This document shows positions 9,468 to 20,786 of a DNA stretch of 64,000 bases, one piece after another. The translations under genes were made by a program, and so were the position numbers. Below the pieces are notes generated by a model that had not been told where the DNA came from, ran no database searches, and worked only from the letters and a program-made list of their open reading frames with translations. The DNA is from Elusimicrobia bacterium GWA2_66_18 (GTDB taxonomy: Bacteria > Elusimicrobiota > Elusimicrobia > UBA1565 > UBA9628). The stretch covers positions 9,876 through 73,875 of the forward strand of contig MGTX01000016.1 in NCBI GenBank assembly GCA_001799675.1, written 5' to 3'. Position 1 is the first letter of the stretch. Every line of letters begins with the position of its first letter.

Positions 9468-10008
9468 GCCGACGAAACAGCCCATTTCCAGCGCTCATTT
9501 GCGCCGACAAAGTGTCCCGTTTAAGCTGATCTTGAACATTCCATAAATGGCTTTCATAGCACACTGCTCGCAGGTAAAGTCAGACGCCGATATCCTCTAG
9601 AACCCGATTTTCCTGATCCTCCCTTTCAAGCCGTGCCGGCAGATTCCCTGGACACGGCTGAGACAAAGGGCGCCGCTGATGTCGGTCGACGCGCGCAGTT
9701 TGGTGGCTTGGCAACCTCCCCTCAATACGCTTCGGGAGGCACGGCCCCACGTGTATTGTAATTTTTAATTATACCAGACAACTACTTCGGGCGAATTCAG
9801 CGAGTGTAATTCTTCAGCGCTTTCGGGAGTTTCCAGGGCCTATAATTCTGGCTCTCGGGAATTTACAACCACGCAAGGCTCGAAATCTCTCGAAATAGGT
9901 CTTTTGCCGGCACTCTTGCGACCCAAAGGCCCAGGTTGCCGTTAATAACCGGGCTCATACTGGAATGGACGGCGCTGTATGGGACGTAGACGCGCCTTAG
10001 AGGCCAGG

Positions 10009-10998
10009 ATGAAACAACGTGTTATTTGGCTGGTTCTTCTTTTCGGCGTGTGGAGAGTTCCGGCCTTCGCAAGTGAACAGAGCGCGATCAAGCGCCTCCA
10101 GGTTCTCGCCGCTGAGTACCCAGCGGCGCCGATGGTCGTCGTCAACCCCGCGCTATCCCGGAGAAGAGAGACTCCCGCTCCCAAAAGCGTAACCGTCCCA
10201 TTGCGATTCAACTACGGCTATTTCGGGGGCCCGAAATCCATGAACGTGCCCTGCGCGTTCAACGGCGGAGCCCGCAGGTCCTGTTTCCTCGACACCGGCT
10301 CGATGATTTCCGCCGTGCCCGAAGACGCGGAGTCCCTGGGCTATCCCAAGGTCGGCCGGTCGAGAATGCAGGCGGCATCCGGAACGCCGCTCTTGTTCGA
10401 CCTGGTCGCAACCGAGAAAGTCATGATTGGGGACGCCGCCATCCCCCTCGCGAGCATCGGACGGAGCGCCGCCATCACCCACCAAGAAGGGATGATCGGA
10501 AGCGACGCGCTGGCCGATCAGGTCGTGCTGTTCGATTTCGAGAAGAAGGTTCTGATCTTCTCGCCGGGCGGCGCGATTGGTCAAAAACTCGGCAAGGCCG
10601 GGATGGGCCGCAGCGACCTCGGCGACGCCCTGCTGATCATTCCCCTTTCCATTTCCTTGAACACCCTCAGCACGATGTGGGACACCGGCGTTATGAATCC
10701 GCTGACACTGCGACAGGAATGGATCGATCAACATTCCCAACTCTTCCGCTACAAATGGGACTCGACCGCCGGAATGGACGCGGCGGGACATATGATCCAG
10801 TCCAAATCCTACGAATTATTGGCTCCCCTAGACATCGGGCAGCTTTACGTCGCGCCGGGCCTCCTCGTCTATGGGGTTGATTTCCCGCCGGAATACGACT
10901 TCGATGCCATCCTGGGGTTCGATCTGCTCAAGCAGTGCAACTGGTTTTTCGATCTCCCGAATAGATCCTGGGCGGCATTTCTGCCCGCCCCCGATTAA
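10009..10998 (+). CDS. Secreted putative aspartic peptidase (two D-T-G motifs; pepsin/retropepsin-like clan AA)
   Basis: Signal peptide MKQRVIWLVLLFGVWRVPAFA. FLDTGSMISAV near the N-terminus and MWDTGVMNPL in the second half, each in a hydrophobic-hydrophobic-D-T-G context. Confidence 0.45.
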   Translation: MKQRVIWLVLLFGVWRVPAFASEQSAIKRLQVLAAEYPAAPMVVVNPALSRRRETPAPKSVTVPLRFNYGYFGGPKSMNVPCAFNGGARRSCFLDTGSMISAVPEDAESLGYPKVGRSRMQAASGTPLLFDLVATEKVMIGDAAIPLASIGRSAAITHQEGMIGSDALADQVVLFDFEKKVLIFSPGGAIGQKLGKAGMGRSDLGDALLIIPLSISLNTLSTMWDTGVMNPLTLRQEWIDQHSQLFRYKWDSTAGMDAAGHMIQSKSYELLAPLDIGQLYVAPGLLVYGVDFPPEYDFDAILGFDLLKQCNWFFDLPNRSWAAFLPAPD

Positions 10999-11241
10999 TG
11001 GGTGTCAGGATTCGGCGCAGGGGACTTCGGGTCGCCGACATCGCCTGCGGCGCCGGCCGCCACGCGCTGGCCTTGGCTCGGCGCCTTCAGGTTTCACGAA
11101 ATCCACACTTTCCGCCATTGGACCCATTTTGGGGTAGATCTCCTGTAGCCTTTTGGTCTTCCCCTCAGACCTATTCAGGATCAGGGCGTCCTGCGGTACA
11201 ATGTTCTCGTCTCGGCCATCCGCCGGAATGGAGGCACTCCG

Positions 11242-12996
11242 ATGCAGTCGCGAGCCCTGTTTTGCGTCAGCTTCTTCTCCTTCGTCGTGGCCGGTGTGCA
11301 GGCCTACGCCCAGGTCGTTGAGGCCCACTTCTTGCGCGCCGGCCGGGTCACCATCGTCCCTCAGATGACCGGCGTCGCAGGGATGCCGCCGATCGGCGGC
11401 ATAAACGCGAGCCTCGGCGTCTGCGCGATCTCGCAGACGCCGACTCTGCCGTCTCCGGTCGCGTATCAGGCGGCGGCCCTCGCGCCCGCGGCAGGCGGTC
11501 TGAAGACTCCCGCCGAGCAGTCGTTGCGCCTCAATGCCGTCTTCGAGTCCATCGTGCCCGCGCTGAATGCCCTCAAGGACCCCTCTCTCGACTCTTCCGG
11601 GGCCAAGGCCGCCGGCCAGATGCTAATGAATAAGCTCCTCGACACGAGCGAGCCTGGCGCGTCCGCCGTCCCAGGCGTCTACGCCGCTGCGCCGCCCTCC
11701 GGCAAGGGTTCGCGCTCGCAGTCCATGGTCTCTCAGGTCTCCTACGCCGAAGGCGTTTCGACGCGCCAGCGAGAGTTCTTCGACGAAACGCTGAGCCGCC
11801 GCAAGGCGGGTTGGAACCGCGGTTTCGCCCAGATGGGCGTCAAGCTTCAAGGGCGCGTCAAGCCCGTGCTGAGCGTCAAGGCCGCCGAGGACCGCATCCC
11901 GAAGATGGCCGCCGCCAGCGAGGTCCGATATATCGTCGAGTGGTCCCAGGGCGAGACGCGCCTTGGCGCGTTCAAGGTCACGATCCGCCTCAAGGACATG
12001 AAGCTCGTCTTCTCGCGTCTGTCGGCTCCGCCCGCCGCCGAAGATAAGCAAATCCGCATCCGCTTGCGCGGGACCGTCATCGCCGAGGCCTTCCCTATCG
12101 AAGTCGAAGTGACGCCGGCGATGATCGAGGAGTTCTTCGAGGCGCACGGCCTGCGCGTGCTCGGCAATCCTGAAAAGGCAACCTGGCTCGTCGCCGTCAC
12201 CGGAGAGGCTCGGGCCGACGCCGTCGCGCGAGAGCTCTCCGGCCAGGGACTGGCGCTGTACGCGACCCCCGTGAAGGGCGATATTCCCGAATCAAGCCAA
12301 CTCTGGGCGATGTTCAAGAAGAAGACCGTCGAGGACACGGGAGTCGTCGAGACGTCCGTCAACGAAGGCGCGATCTCCAAGACCCTGCGCGAGGCGGGCC
12401 TGCGCGTCCTCGAAACCGAACGCAACGGAACTTGGAAACTCGGGGCCTACGACGGCGTTCCCGCCGAAGCGGCCGCCGCCAAGCTCGCGTCCTCCGGCCT
12501 CGTACTCTACGCCGTGCCGCTGCGCTTCGAGGCGGCGCAAGACAGGCAGGTCGTCGTCGAGTTCAAGACGAAGGTCTTGGTCGACCTCAGCGGGGTGAAG
12601 GTCGAAGCCTCGGTGAGCGAGGACGACATCGCCCGCGTCTTGGCCGAGGGAGGCTTCACGGTCGTGGGCGACTACGGCGCGAACTCTTACCGCCTGCAGG
12701 CGCCGGCCGGGACGCGCAACCTCGACGCCCTCGCGGCCCTGCTCGCGACGAAACTCGTCAAGAAGGGCGTCGCGGTGGGGACGCTCGGCGACGAGCGCAT
12801 CCGCCGCGCCGCGCAGGACGCGGCCGACAGGAAGGGCCGCCCGTGGTCCGAGAGCGCATATTACGAGAACCTCTCCGCCGCGCGCACGAGCCTTGAACTC
12901 GCCGGAGCGACCCAGGCCCAGCTCGTGCTCTTCGACAAGCTGGCCGACGAGGCGCCGGCGCTCAACGGCGGCTTCAATCCCTGGTCGGGCGACTGA
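11242..12996 (+). CDS. Secreted hypothetical protein with about three internal ~90-aa repeats
   Basis: Signal peptide MQSRALFCVSFFSFVVAGVQAYA. Repeated modules GLRVLGNPEKATWLVAV.../GLRVLETERNGTWKLGAY.../GFTVVGDYGANSYRLQAP... Confidence 0.5.
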   Translation: MQSRALFCVSFFSFVVAGVQAYAQVVEAHFLRAGRVTIVPQMTGVAGMPPIGGINASLGVCAISQTPTLPSPVAYQAAALAPAAGGLKTPAEQSLRLNAVFESIVPALNALKDPSLDSSGAKAAGQMLMNKLLDTSEPGASAVPGVYAAAPPSGKGSRSQSMVSQVSYAEGVSTRQREFFDETLSRRKAGWNRGFAQMGVKLQGRVKPVLSVKAAEDRIPKMAAASEVRYIVEWSQGETRLGAFKVTIRLKDMKLVFSRLSAPPAAEDKQIRIRLRGTVIAEAFPIEVEVTPAMIEEFFEAHGLRVLGNPEKATWLVAVTGEARADAVARELSGQGLALYATPVKGDIPESSQLWAMFKKKTVEDTGVVETSVNEGAISKTLREAGLRVLETERNGTWKLGAYDGVPAEAAAAKLASSGLVLYAVPLRFEAAQDRQVVVEFKTKVLVDLSGVKVEASVSEDDIARVLAEGGFTVVGDYGANSYRLQAPAGTRNLDALAALLATKLVKKGVAVGTLGDERIRRAAQDAADRKGRPWSESAYYENLSAARTSLELAGATQAQLVLFDKLADEAPALNGGFNPWSGD

Positions 12997-13135
12997 AGGG
13001 GCGGCCCCGCGCGGGCAAGAGCATCTCGGCGTTGGCCCCAGCAACGGCGTTTTGGATATCGCCCGAGGACATGTCGAATATGCGCTTCGACGGCGGACGC
13101 ACCGGCCGCCACGAGCCCTCGAAGCTCGCTTATCA

Positions 13136-13223
13136 TGCTATAATGGCATTCAGGATTACGAACCCGTAACGAGAAACAGCGGGACCGCCCCTTGGGCGAG
13201 TCTAGCCCGGGGGTTCGGAGTTT
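13136..13223 (+). promoter_or_regulatory. Extended -10 promoter (TGcTATAAT at 13136..13144) plus conserved ~65-nt leader (copy 1) upstream of a small basic protein gene
   Basis: Core CGAACCCGTAACGAGAAAcagcGGGACCGcCCCTTGGGCGAGTCtAGCCCgGGGGTTcgGaGTTT (13159..13223) is repeated almost exactly 500 bp downstream (copy 2). The helices GAACCC/GGGTTC and GCCC-CTTG-GGC can be drawn. Confidence 0.5.
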
Positions 13224-13255
13224 CTAGAGTATCGTGGTTTGGAAAGGGGAATCAT

Positions 13256-13435
13256 ATGGGAGTAAAGAAAGCCGCCAGAAAGCCGGCCGAAGACGTTCGC
13301 AACCAGGGCGCCGCAGCGAAGGCCGCCCGAGCCCTGCGCGCGGAGAAGACCGCCGCTTACGACGTGAAGTACAAAGCCGACGCCCTCGCGCGCCGCGAGA
13401 AGCTGGCGGCAGACGCCGCCGCGCAACCGGTATAA
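13256..13435 (+). CDS. Small basic Ala/Lys-rich protein (59 aa), hypothetical
   Basis: MGVKKAARKPAEDVRNQGAAAKAARALRAEKTAAYDVKYKADALARREKLAADAAAQPV, with a strong SD (GGAAAGGGGAATCAT-ATG). The 180-aa track ORF that runs through the promoter/leader is rejected. Confidence 0.5.
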   Translation: MGVKKAARKPAEDVRNQGAAAKAARALRAEKTAAYDVKYKADALARREKLAADAAAQPV

Positions 13436-13635
13436 CCTTGAAAACCCACTTATACGAATTCAAATTCGACAAGAAGAATTTGAAGTGCCTCTGCGGTTGG
13501 GAGCGCACGCTGAAAACGGCGGAGATCCCTTTAATGTATAAGATTTTTGAGGAACACCGCGCTCAAGGGACCCTGCCCCCTCGGAAATGACGGCGTTCAG
13601 AGTGAACGATCAGCCGTCATTTGCCCGATTATCCG

Positions 13636-13733
13636 TGCTATAATCACTAAAGCGATTTCGAACCCGTAACGAGAAATGTCGGGACCGGCCCTTGGGCGAG
13701 TCAAGCCCAGGGGTTTCGTGTTTACGGGCGACC
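13636..13733 (+). promoter_or_regulatory. Extended -10 promoter (TGcTATAAT at 13636..13644) plus conserved leader (copy 2) upstream of the ABC-F gene
   Basis: Same element as 13136..13223, offset by exactly 500 nt. It follows a hairpin (TGACGGC...GCCGTCA-TTTG) at about 13588..13626. Confidence 0.5.
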
Positions 13734-13752
13734 GGAGCCGCCGCGAGAAACC

Positions 13753-15294
<1,542 letters not shown>

Positions 15295-15304
15295 GGCGCG
15301 CGCG

Positions 15305-15907
15305 TCAGCCCGCGAGCAGGGCGCAGACGTCCCGGCGCAATTCCTTCACCCCGATGCCGTCGAGCGAACTGACCCAGGCGAGGTCGTCCGCCTGGACCCC
15401 CGCCGCCTGCGCCACGCGCAGCTTCTGGGCGAGGGAACGCGAAGACTTGACCTGGTCGGCCTTCGTTGCGACGACGCGCCAGGGAAGGTTCTCCCCCTGC
15501 AGCCAGCGCAGCATGAGCAAGTCGAGCTTCGTGGGGCCCAGCTTGGCGTCGACTAGGACGAAGACCATGCGCAGGGCGGGCCGTCCGGCCAGGTAGCCCT
15601 CGACCATGGGCCCCCAGCCGGCGCGGGACGCGGCGGGCCCGCAGGCGAAGCCGTAGCCGGGCAAGTCCACCAGCCAGCGGTCCTTGGCGGCGAGGTAGAC
15701 GGTGATCGTGCGCGTGCAGCCCGGCGCGCCCGAGACCCGCGCGAGGTCCTTGCGGCAGAGGGCGTTGAGCAGGGTGCTCTTGCCCGCGTTCGAGCGTCCG
15801 ACGAAGGCGACCTCGGCGCCGCAGGCCGCGAGGCGGCGGGGGTCGCTCTCGCTCAGGAGGAAGCTCGCGCCATCAAGACAGAGGGGCCGCGCCATTGATT
15901 GCGTCAT
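15305..15907 (-). CDS. engB: Ribosome-biogenesis GTPase EngB/YsxC (YihA)
   Basis: GRSNAGKSTLLNAL G1 motif and DLPGYGF G3 motif; 200 aa. Confidence 0.8.
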   Translation of the reverse strand: MTQSMARPLCLDGASFLLSESDPRRLAACGAEVAFVGRSNAGKSTLLNALCRKDLARVSGAPGCTRTITVYLAAKDRWLVDLPGYGFACGPAASRAGWGPMVEGYLAGRPALRMVFVLVDAKLGPTKLDLLMLRWLQGENLPWRVVATKADQVKSSRSLAQKLRVAQAAGVQADDLAWVSSLDGIGVKELRRDVCALLAG

Positions 15908-15944
15908 TCTACCAGCTTTGGCCTCTCCGCGTCCGCGTCCGCAT

Positions 15945-17867
15945 TCATGATCGGTCCAGGATCTCCCTCACCCTCTGGGCGAGGACCTCCGGCGGGATCG
16001 GCTTCTGTAGTATATCGCCCTTCAAGACTTTGAGCGAATCGAGTTCGCGGTCGTCGATATAACCGGTGATGAAGGCCACCTTCAGGTCCGGACGCAGCCG
16101 GACGGCCCTGCGGGCCAGCTCGCCGCCGCCGATGCCGGGCATCACGACGTCCGTCAGAAGCAGATGGACGCGACTGCCCGCTTCCTTTAGGAAGGCAAGC
16201 GCTTCCTCGCCGCCGCAAGCGGACAAGACGCGATAGCCCCGCTCCCGAAGTATCCTCTCGTTGAGACGCAGGATCGCCTCGTCGTCCTCCACGATGAGGA
16301 TGGTCTCCCGGCCCCGAGCGGAGCCGGCGACCTGGCTGCGCGCCTCGAGCCGCGGCGGCGCCGCCTCGGCCATCGGCAGACAGATGGTGAAGGTCGTGCC
16401 TTGGCCGACGGCGCTGCGCGCGGCGACGTCGCCTCCCGCCTGAGAGACGATGCCGTAGACCGTCGATAAGCCCAGGCCCGTCCCCTTGCCCGGCGGCCGG
16501 GTCGTAAAGAACGGCTCGAAGAGGTGGGCGAGGACCTCGGCCGGCATGCCGCAGCCCGTGTCCGCGACCTCCAGGCGCACGCAGTCCGGCGCGGCGCAGG
16601 GACGGCGCCGGGGCAGGCAGTCCGCGCCCCCCTTCCAAATCTCCGTCTTCAAGATCAGCCGCCCCCCCTTCGGCATGGCTTCGCGAGCGTTGACGCACAA
16701 GTTCATGATCACCTGCTCCATCTGGCCGGGGTCCGCCCGGATGACGGCCGGCTCGGGGCAGAGGGAACTCTCCAGCTTAATGTCCTCGCTGATGAGACGG
16801 CGCAGCATCTTCTGGAGGTTTCGGATCAACTCGTTGAGGTCCAGGACCACGGGCTGGACCAACTCCTTGCGGCTGAAGATGAGCAGTTGGCGGGTCAGCG
16901 CCGCGGCGCGCGCGGCCGCGGCCGCGATCTCCGCCACGTCCGCGCGGCGGGGGTCCGTCTGGGTGAGGCCCTCCTGCAGGAAGCTGCAGTTGCCCATGAT
17001 CGTCATCAGGATGTTGTTGAAATCGTGAGCGATCCCGCCGGCGAGAATCCCGATGCTCTCCATCTTCTGCGCCTGCAAGAACTGGGCTTGAAGGCGCTTG
17101 CGCTCGGTGATGTCGCGGATGCTGCATTGAACCACGCCGGCGCCGTCGGCGGTGCAGGCGCCGCCGACGAACTCCACGTCGATGCGCCGGCCGTTCTTCG
17201 CCGTCAGAGGCAGGTCGTCGCGGCGGACGGGGGCAAGCCTCTTGAGATCCTGCAAGTCCGCCTTGGCGGCCTCCCAACCCTTGAACGCGTCGAGTTCCCA
17301 CGGCTTCTTGCCGAGGATCTCGCCGGGCTCATAGCCGAGCAGGGCCAGGAGGGAGGAGTTGGCGTCGAGGATCTCGCCGCTCGCCGCGTCCAGGATGAGG
17401 ATGCCGTCCTGGGACGACTCGAAGAGGCGCCGGTAGCGCCTCTCGGACTTCTTCACTGCCTCCTGCGCCGAGTTGCGCTCGCGGCGCAGCGCCGCCTCCC
17501 CGAGGGCGCGGGAGATCATCGACCCGAGGCTGACCAGCCGCGACTTCATCACGTAGGCGAAGGCTCCTTGGAGCATCGCCGCCACGGCCTGCTCCTCGCC
17601 GATGGCGCCCGAGACGAGGATGAAGGGGATGTCGAGACCCCGGTCCTTCAACAACCGCAGCGCGCTCATCCCGTCGAAGCGCGGGAGCCTGAAGTCGGCG
17701 AGGATCAGGTCCACCTCCGGCTTGAGGGCGGCGACGTAGTCGGCCTCGGACTCCACGATCAGGGGATCGACCGAGAAGCCCGCGCGCTTGAGCTCATGGA
17801 TCTCCAACTCCGCGTCCTGCGGATTGTCCTCAAGAATGACGACCTTCAGCGTGCCTTTCGTCTCCAT
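15945..17867 (-). CDS. Hybrid sensor histidine kinase (REC-PAS-HisKA-HATPase-REC)
   Basis: N-terminal receiver ([10 protein letters not shown]...LILADFRLP), PAS, H-box AHDFNNIL, ATPase G-boxes (DTGCGM, GTGLGLS), C-terminal receiver ([11 protein letters not shown]...[10 protein letters not shown]). Confidence 0.85.
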   Translation of the reverse strand: METKGTLKVVILEDNPQDAELEIHELKRAGFSVDPLIVESEADYVAALKPEVDLILADFRLPRFDGMSALRLLKDRGLDIPFILVSGAIGEEQAVAAMLQGAFAYVMKSRLVSLGSMISRALGEAALRRERNSAQEAVKKSERRYRRLFESSQDGILILDAASGEILDANSSLLALLGYEPGEILGKKPWELDAFKGWEAAKADLQDLKRLAPVRRDDLPLTAKNGRRIDVEFVGGACTADGAGVVQCSIRDITERKRLQAQFLQAQKMESIGILAGGIAHDFNNILMTIMGNCSFLQEGLTQTDPRRADVAEIAAAAARAAALTRQLLIFSRKELVQPVVLDLNELIRNLQKMLRRLISEDIKLESSLCPEPAVIRADPGQMEQVIMNLCVNAREAMPKGGRLILKTEIWKGGADCLPRRRPCAAPDCVRLEVADTGCGMPAEVLAHLFEPFFTTRPPGKGTGLGLSTVYGIVSQAGGDVAARSAVGQGTTFTICLPMAEAAPPRLEARSQVAGSARGRETILIVEDDEAILRLNERILRERGYRVLSACGGEEALAFLKEAGSRVHLLLTDVVMPGIGGGELARRAVRLRPDLKVAFITGYIDDRELDSLKVLKGDILQKPIPPEVLAQRVREILDRS

Positions 17868-17873
17868 GGCGGG

Positions 17874-18320
17874 CTACGGCAAGGGCGGCTGGTTGATCAG
17901 GAGCCAATAGAGGCCCAACAGCCTGACGGCCTCCGAAAAATCCTCGAATTGGACGGGTTTGACGACATAGCTGTTGACTCCCAGCCGGTAGCTCTCGACG
18001 AGGTCTCTCTCCTCGCGCGAGGAAGTCAGCATCACGACGGGGATATCCCTCGTATTCGGGTCCGACTTGATGCGCCGCAGGACCTCTTTTCCGTCCACCT
18101 TCGGCAGATTGAGGTCGAGAATGACCAGCTTGGGCTTCAGGACGGCTCCCTCGGCCCGGGGGGCGCTCCCGCCGCCGAAGAGGCAATCCAGGGCCTCCTG
18201 ACCGTCGCGGGCGACCTGTATGTCGTTGGCGACGTGGTGTTTGCGCAGGACGCGGAGGGTCAACTCCTCGTCCTGCGCGTTATCCTCGACCAACAGGATA
18301 TCGACTGCATGCTGTTTCAT
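17874..18320 (-). CDS. Single-domain response regulator (receiver only)
   Basis: DILLVEDNAQDEEL...LVILDLNLPKVDG...VVMLTSS. Confidence 0.85.
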   Translation of the reverse strand: MKQHAVDILLVEDNAQDEELTLRVLRKHHVANDIQVARDGQEALDCLFGGGSAPRAEGAVLKPKLVILDLNLPKVDGKEVLRRIKSDPNTRDIPVVMLTSSREERDLVESYRLGVNSYVVKPVQFEDFSEAVRLLGLYWLLINQPPLP

Positions 18321-19669
18321 CTCTTCCTCCCGCCCAAGGTGAATAAGAACTCCGCTCCGCGATCCGGTTCGGCCCGCGCCCAGACCCGCCCCCCGTGACG
18401 CTCGACGACGCGCGCGACGATGGCCAGCCCCACCCCCGTCCCCTCGTACTCCTGCGCGGGATGGAGGCGCGAGAAGACCTTGAAGAGCTTGTCGGCGTGG
18501 CGCATGTCGAAGCCCACGCCGTTGTCCTTGACGCGGTAGACCGTCTCCCCCGCCTCGTCATGGGAGTCGATCTCGATGAGGGCTTGCGGCCGCGCGCGCG
18601 TGAACTTGAGCGCGTTGGACAGGAGATTGACCCAGACCTGCTTCAAGAGGACGAAGTCCCCCGCGCAAGGGGCGAGCTCTCCGACCTGGAAGCGCGCTTG
18701 GCGGCCCTGGCTCGGGAGATCCAGGCTCGCGATGGCCGCGCGCACGACCGCCTCCATGGAGACGGGGGAGTTGTCCATGTCCTGGCGGCTCAGCCGAGTG
18801 AAAGCGAGCAGATCATCGATGAGCCGGCCCATCGTCTGGGCGCTCTTGCGCACCAGGCCCAGGTAGCGCCGGCACTCCGGCTCCAGCTTCGGGGCGTAGT
18901 CCTCCATGAGGATCTGGGAGAAGCCGTCCATCGCGCGCAGGGGGGCGCGAAGATCGTGCGCGACGGAATAGGCGAACGCCTCCAACTCCTTGTTGACGCT
19001 CTCCACCAGGGCCGTCCGCGCCCGGACCCGCTCCTCGAGTTCGCCGTTAAGGCGGAGGACCTCATCCTGCACCCGTTTGCGCTCAGCCTCCAGCCGCCGG
19101 CGGTCCGTCAGGTCCCGGAGCACGATCACGAAGCCGCCGCTCTCCTTCTTCTCGTTGAGCATCGGCGAGAGAGTGAACTCGACGGGGAAGATCTCCCCGT
19201 TTTTCCTTTTGACTTCATACTCGAAGCGCAGGGGCCGCTCCTTCTCGAACGCCTCGCGAACGAACTCGCCGGCATGCAGATAATGTTCATGGTCGACATG
19301 GACTATCTCGGTGGACCGGTTCTTCATCTCCTCGACGGCGCACCCGAACATCGTGCCGGCGGCCGCATTGGCATCGACGATCCTCCGGTCCGGGGAAATG
19401 ATCATCACGCCGTCCATCTGAGCTTCGAAGACCGCCCGGAACCGGCCCTGGGATTGGCGGAGGGCCGCCATGCGGACCAGCAGATCGTCCCGCGCGGGCG
19501 CAACGACCCACGCGGAAATGAGCGGCGAGATGATCACCGTCAACGCAACGACGTCTATTGGAATCGCCCGCGTGCCGTGGATATCGAGAAGAGCGAAGAC
19601 GATCATCACCAGGGCTTCTGCAAGGACCACGATGACCAAGATGCGCAGGAAGGCGGCGCGCGGCTTCAT
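18317..19669 (-). CDS. Membrane-anchored PAS sensor histidine kinase
   Basis: Two N-terminal TM helices, PAS, H-box SVAHDLRAPLR, HATPase (VKDNGVGFD, GTGVGLA). ATGA overlap with the downstream RR. Confidence 0.85.
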   Translation of the reverse strand: MKPRAAFLRILVIVVLAEALVMIVFALLDIHGTRAIPIDVVALTVIISPLISAWVVAPARDDLLVRMAALRQSQGRFRAVFEAQMDGVMIISPDRRIVDANAAAGTMFGCAVEEMKNRSTEIVHVDHEHYLHAGEFVREAFEKERPLRFEYEVKRKNGEIFPVEFTLSPMLNEKKESGGFVIVLRDLTDRRRLEAERKRVQDEVLRLNGELEERVRARTALVESVNKELEAFAYSVAHDLRAPLRAMDGFSQILMEDYAPKLEPECRRYLGLVRKSAQTMGRLIDDLLAFTRLSRQDMDNSPVSMEAVVRAAIASLDLPSQGRQARFQVGELAPCAGDFVLLKQVWVNLLSNALKFTRARPQALIEIDSHDEAGETVYRVKDNGVGFDMRHADKLFKVFSRLHPAQEYEGTGVGLAIVARVVERHGGRVWARAEPDRGAEFLFTLGGRKR

Positions 19670-20781
19670 CGTCCGGCCCCCGTCGGGGAAGGCGACCGGA
19701 CGCCCAGGACCGCGGAGACCGCCACGGGCCGCTCGATCCCATGGAAGGTCATCATCCCGAGGTCTTGGAACTCGAACTCGTCTTGGATCGCGGCGCGGGT
19801 CTCCGGCCCCACCAGGATCTGCCCCGGCAGGGCGATCTTCTCCAGCCGTGCCGCCAGGTTGATCGGCGAGCCGATCACGCTGTATTCGGTCCGCTCCTTG
19901 CTTCCCAGGCAGCCCGCCACGACCTCTCCCGTGTTGATCCCGATGCCCAGGCCCAGGGGCCTGAGGCCTTTGAGCGCCCGCTGGCGACCCAGGATCTCCA
20001 TGGCCTGCTGGGTCTTCACCGCCGTACGGACCGCGGCCGCCTCGTGGCGTTCCAGACGGATCGGAGCGTCGAAGAGGGCCATCACTCCGTCGCCGAGGAA
20101 CTTATTGAGAATCCCCCCCTCCGCGCGGATCGCGTCCTGGAGGATGGTGAAGATCTCGTTCAAGTCGGAGGTCGCCTGCTCGGGGGGGACGGCGGCGGCG
20201 TAGGAGGTGAAGTCGCGCACGTCGGCGAAGAGGACGCTCACGCGGCGGCGCTCGCCCCGCATCCAGAAGTCCTCGGGATGGGTCATCGCCGCGCGCGCGA
20301 CCTCGGGCGTGGCGAACTGGCCGAAGATATCGCGCACGCGAGTCAGCACCGACAGCTCCAGATGCGCCCGGCGCAGCTCCGAGCGTAGCTCCTTCTCCCG
20401 GGCCAGCTCGGCGCAGAGGCGCCGCTTCTCGAGACAGCGATGGATCACCGAGCGCAGGTAGTCCTCGGACACGGGCTTGACCAGATAGTCGTAGGCCTCG
20501 CCCCTCATGCCTTCGATGGCGCTCTCCAGCCGGGGGTAGGCGGTCATGATGATGACGTCGGTGACACCCGAGGCGCGGAAGCGCCGCGTGACCTCGTTGC
20601 CGTCGATGGCGCCGGAGAGCATCAGGTCGGTCACCACGATGTCGAAGCCCTCCTCCAGGCGGGAGACCGCGTCCTCCCCCGAACTGACGGATTCGACCGC
20701 GTGGCCGCCGTTTGTCAGCATCCTGACGACCGCCGAGCGGACCGACTCGTCGTCCTCGACGACCAGTATCTTCGCCTTCAT
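19666..20781 (-). CDS. Response regulator with class III adenylate/guanylate cyclase output domain (REC-CYC)
   Basis: Receiver (ILVVEDDESVR...IVVTDLMLSG) followed by cyclase motifs VSVLFADVRDFTS and KFLGDGVMALF. Confidence 0.8.
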   Translation of the reverse strand: MKAKILVVEDDESVRSAVVRMLTNGGHAVESVSSGEDAVSRLEEGFDIVVTDLMLSGAIDGNEVTRRFRASGVTDVIIMTAYPRLESAIEGMRGEAYDYLVKPVSEDYLRSVIHRCLEKRRLCAELAREKELRSELRRAHLELSVLTRVRDIFGQFATPEVARAAMTHPEDFWMRGERRRVSVLFADVRDFTSYAAAVPPEQATSDLNEIFTILQDAIRAEGGILNKFLGDGVMALFDAPIRLERHEAAAVRTAVKTQQAMEILGRQRALKGLRPLGLGIGINTGEVVAGCLGSKERTEYSVIGSPINLAARLEKIALPGQILVGPETRAAIQDEFEFQDLGMMTFHGIERPVAVSAVLGVRSPSPTGAGR

Positions 20782-20786
20782 GGTCT

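Noticed and set aside
13159-13223. tRNA-like T-arm impression (TTCGAACCCG) in the repeated leader
   Set aside because: No acceptor stem, anticodon arm or D-arm cloverleaf can be drawn. It is treated as a cis-regulatory leader instead.
12893-13435. 180-aa ORF spanning the promoter/leader
   Set aside because: It runs straight through the TGcTATAAT promoter and the conserved leader element. The 59-aa gene with a strong SD at its 3' end is the credible coding part.
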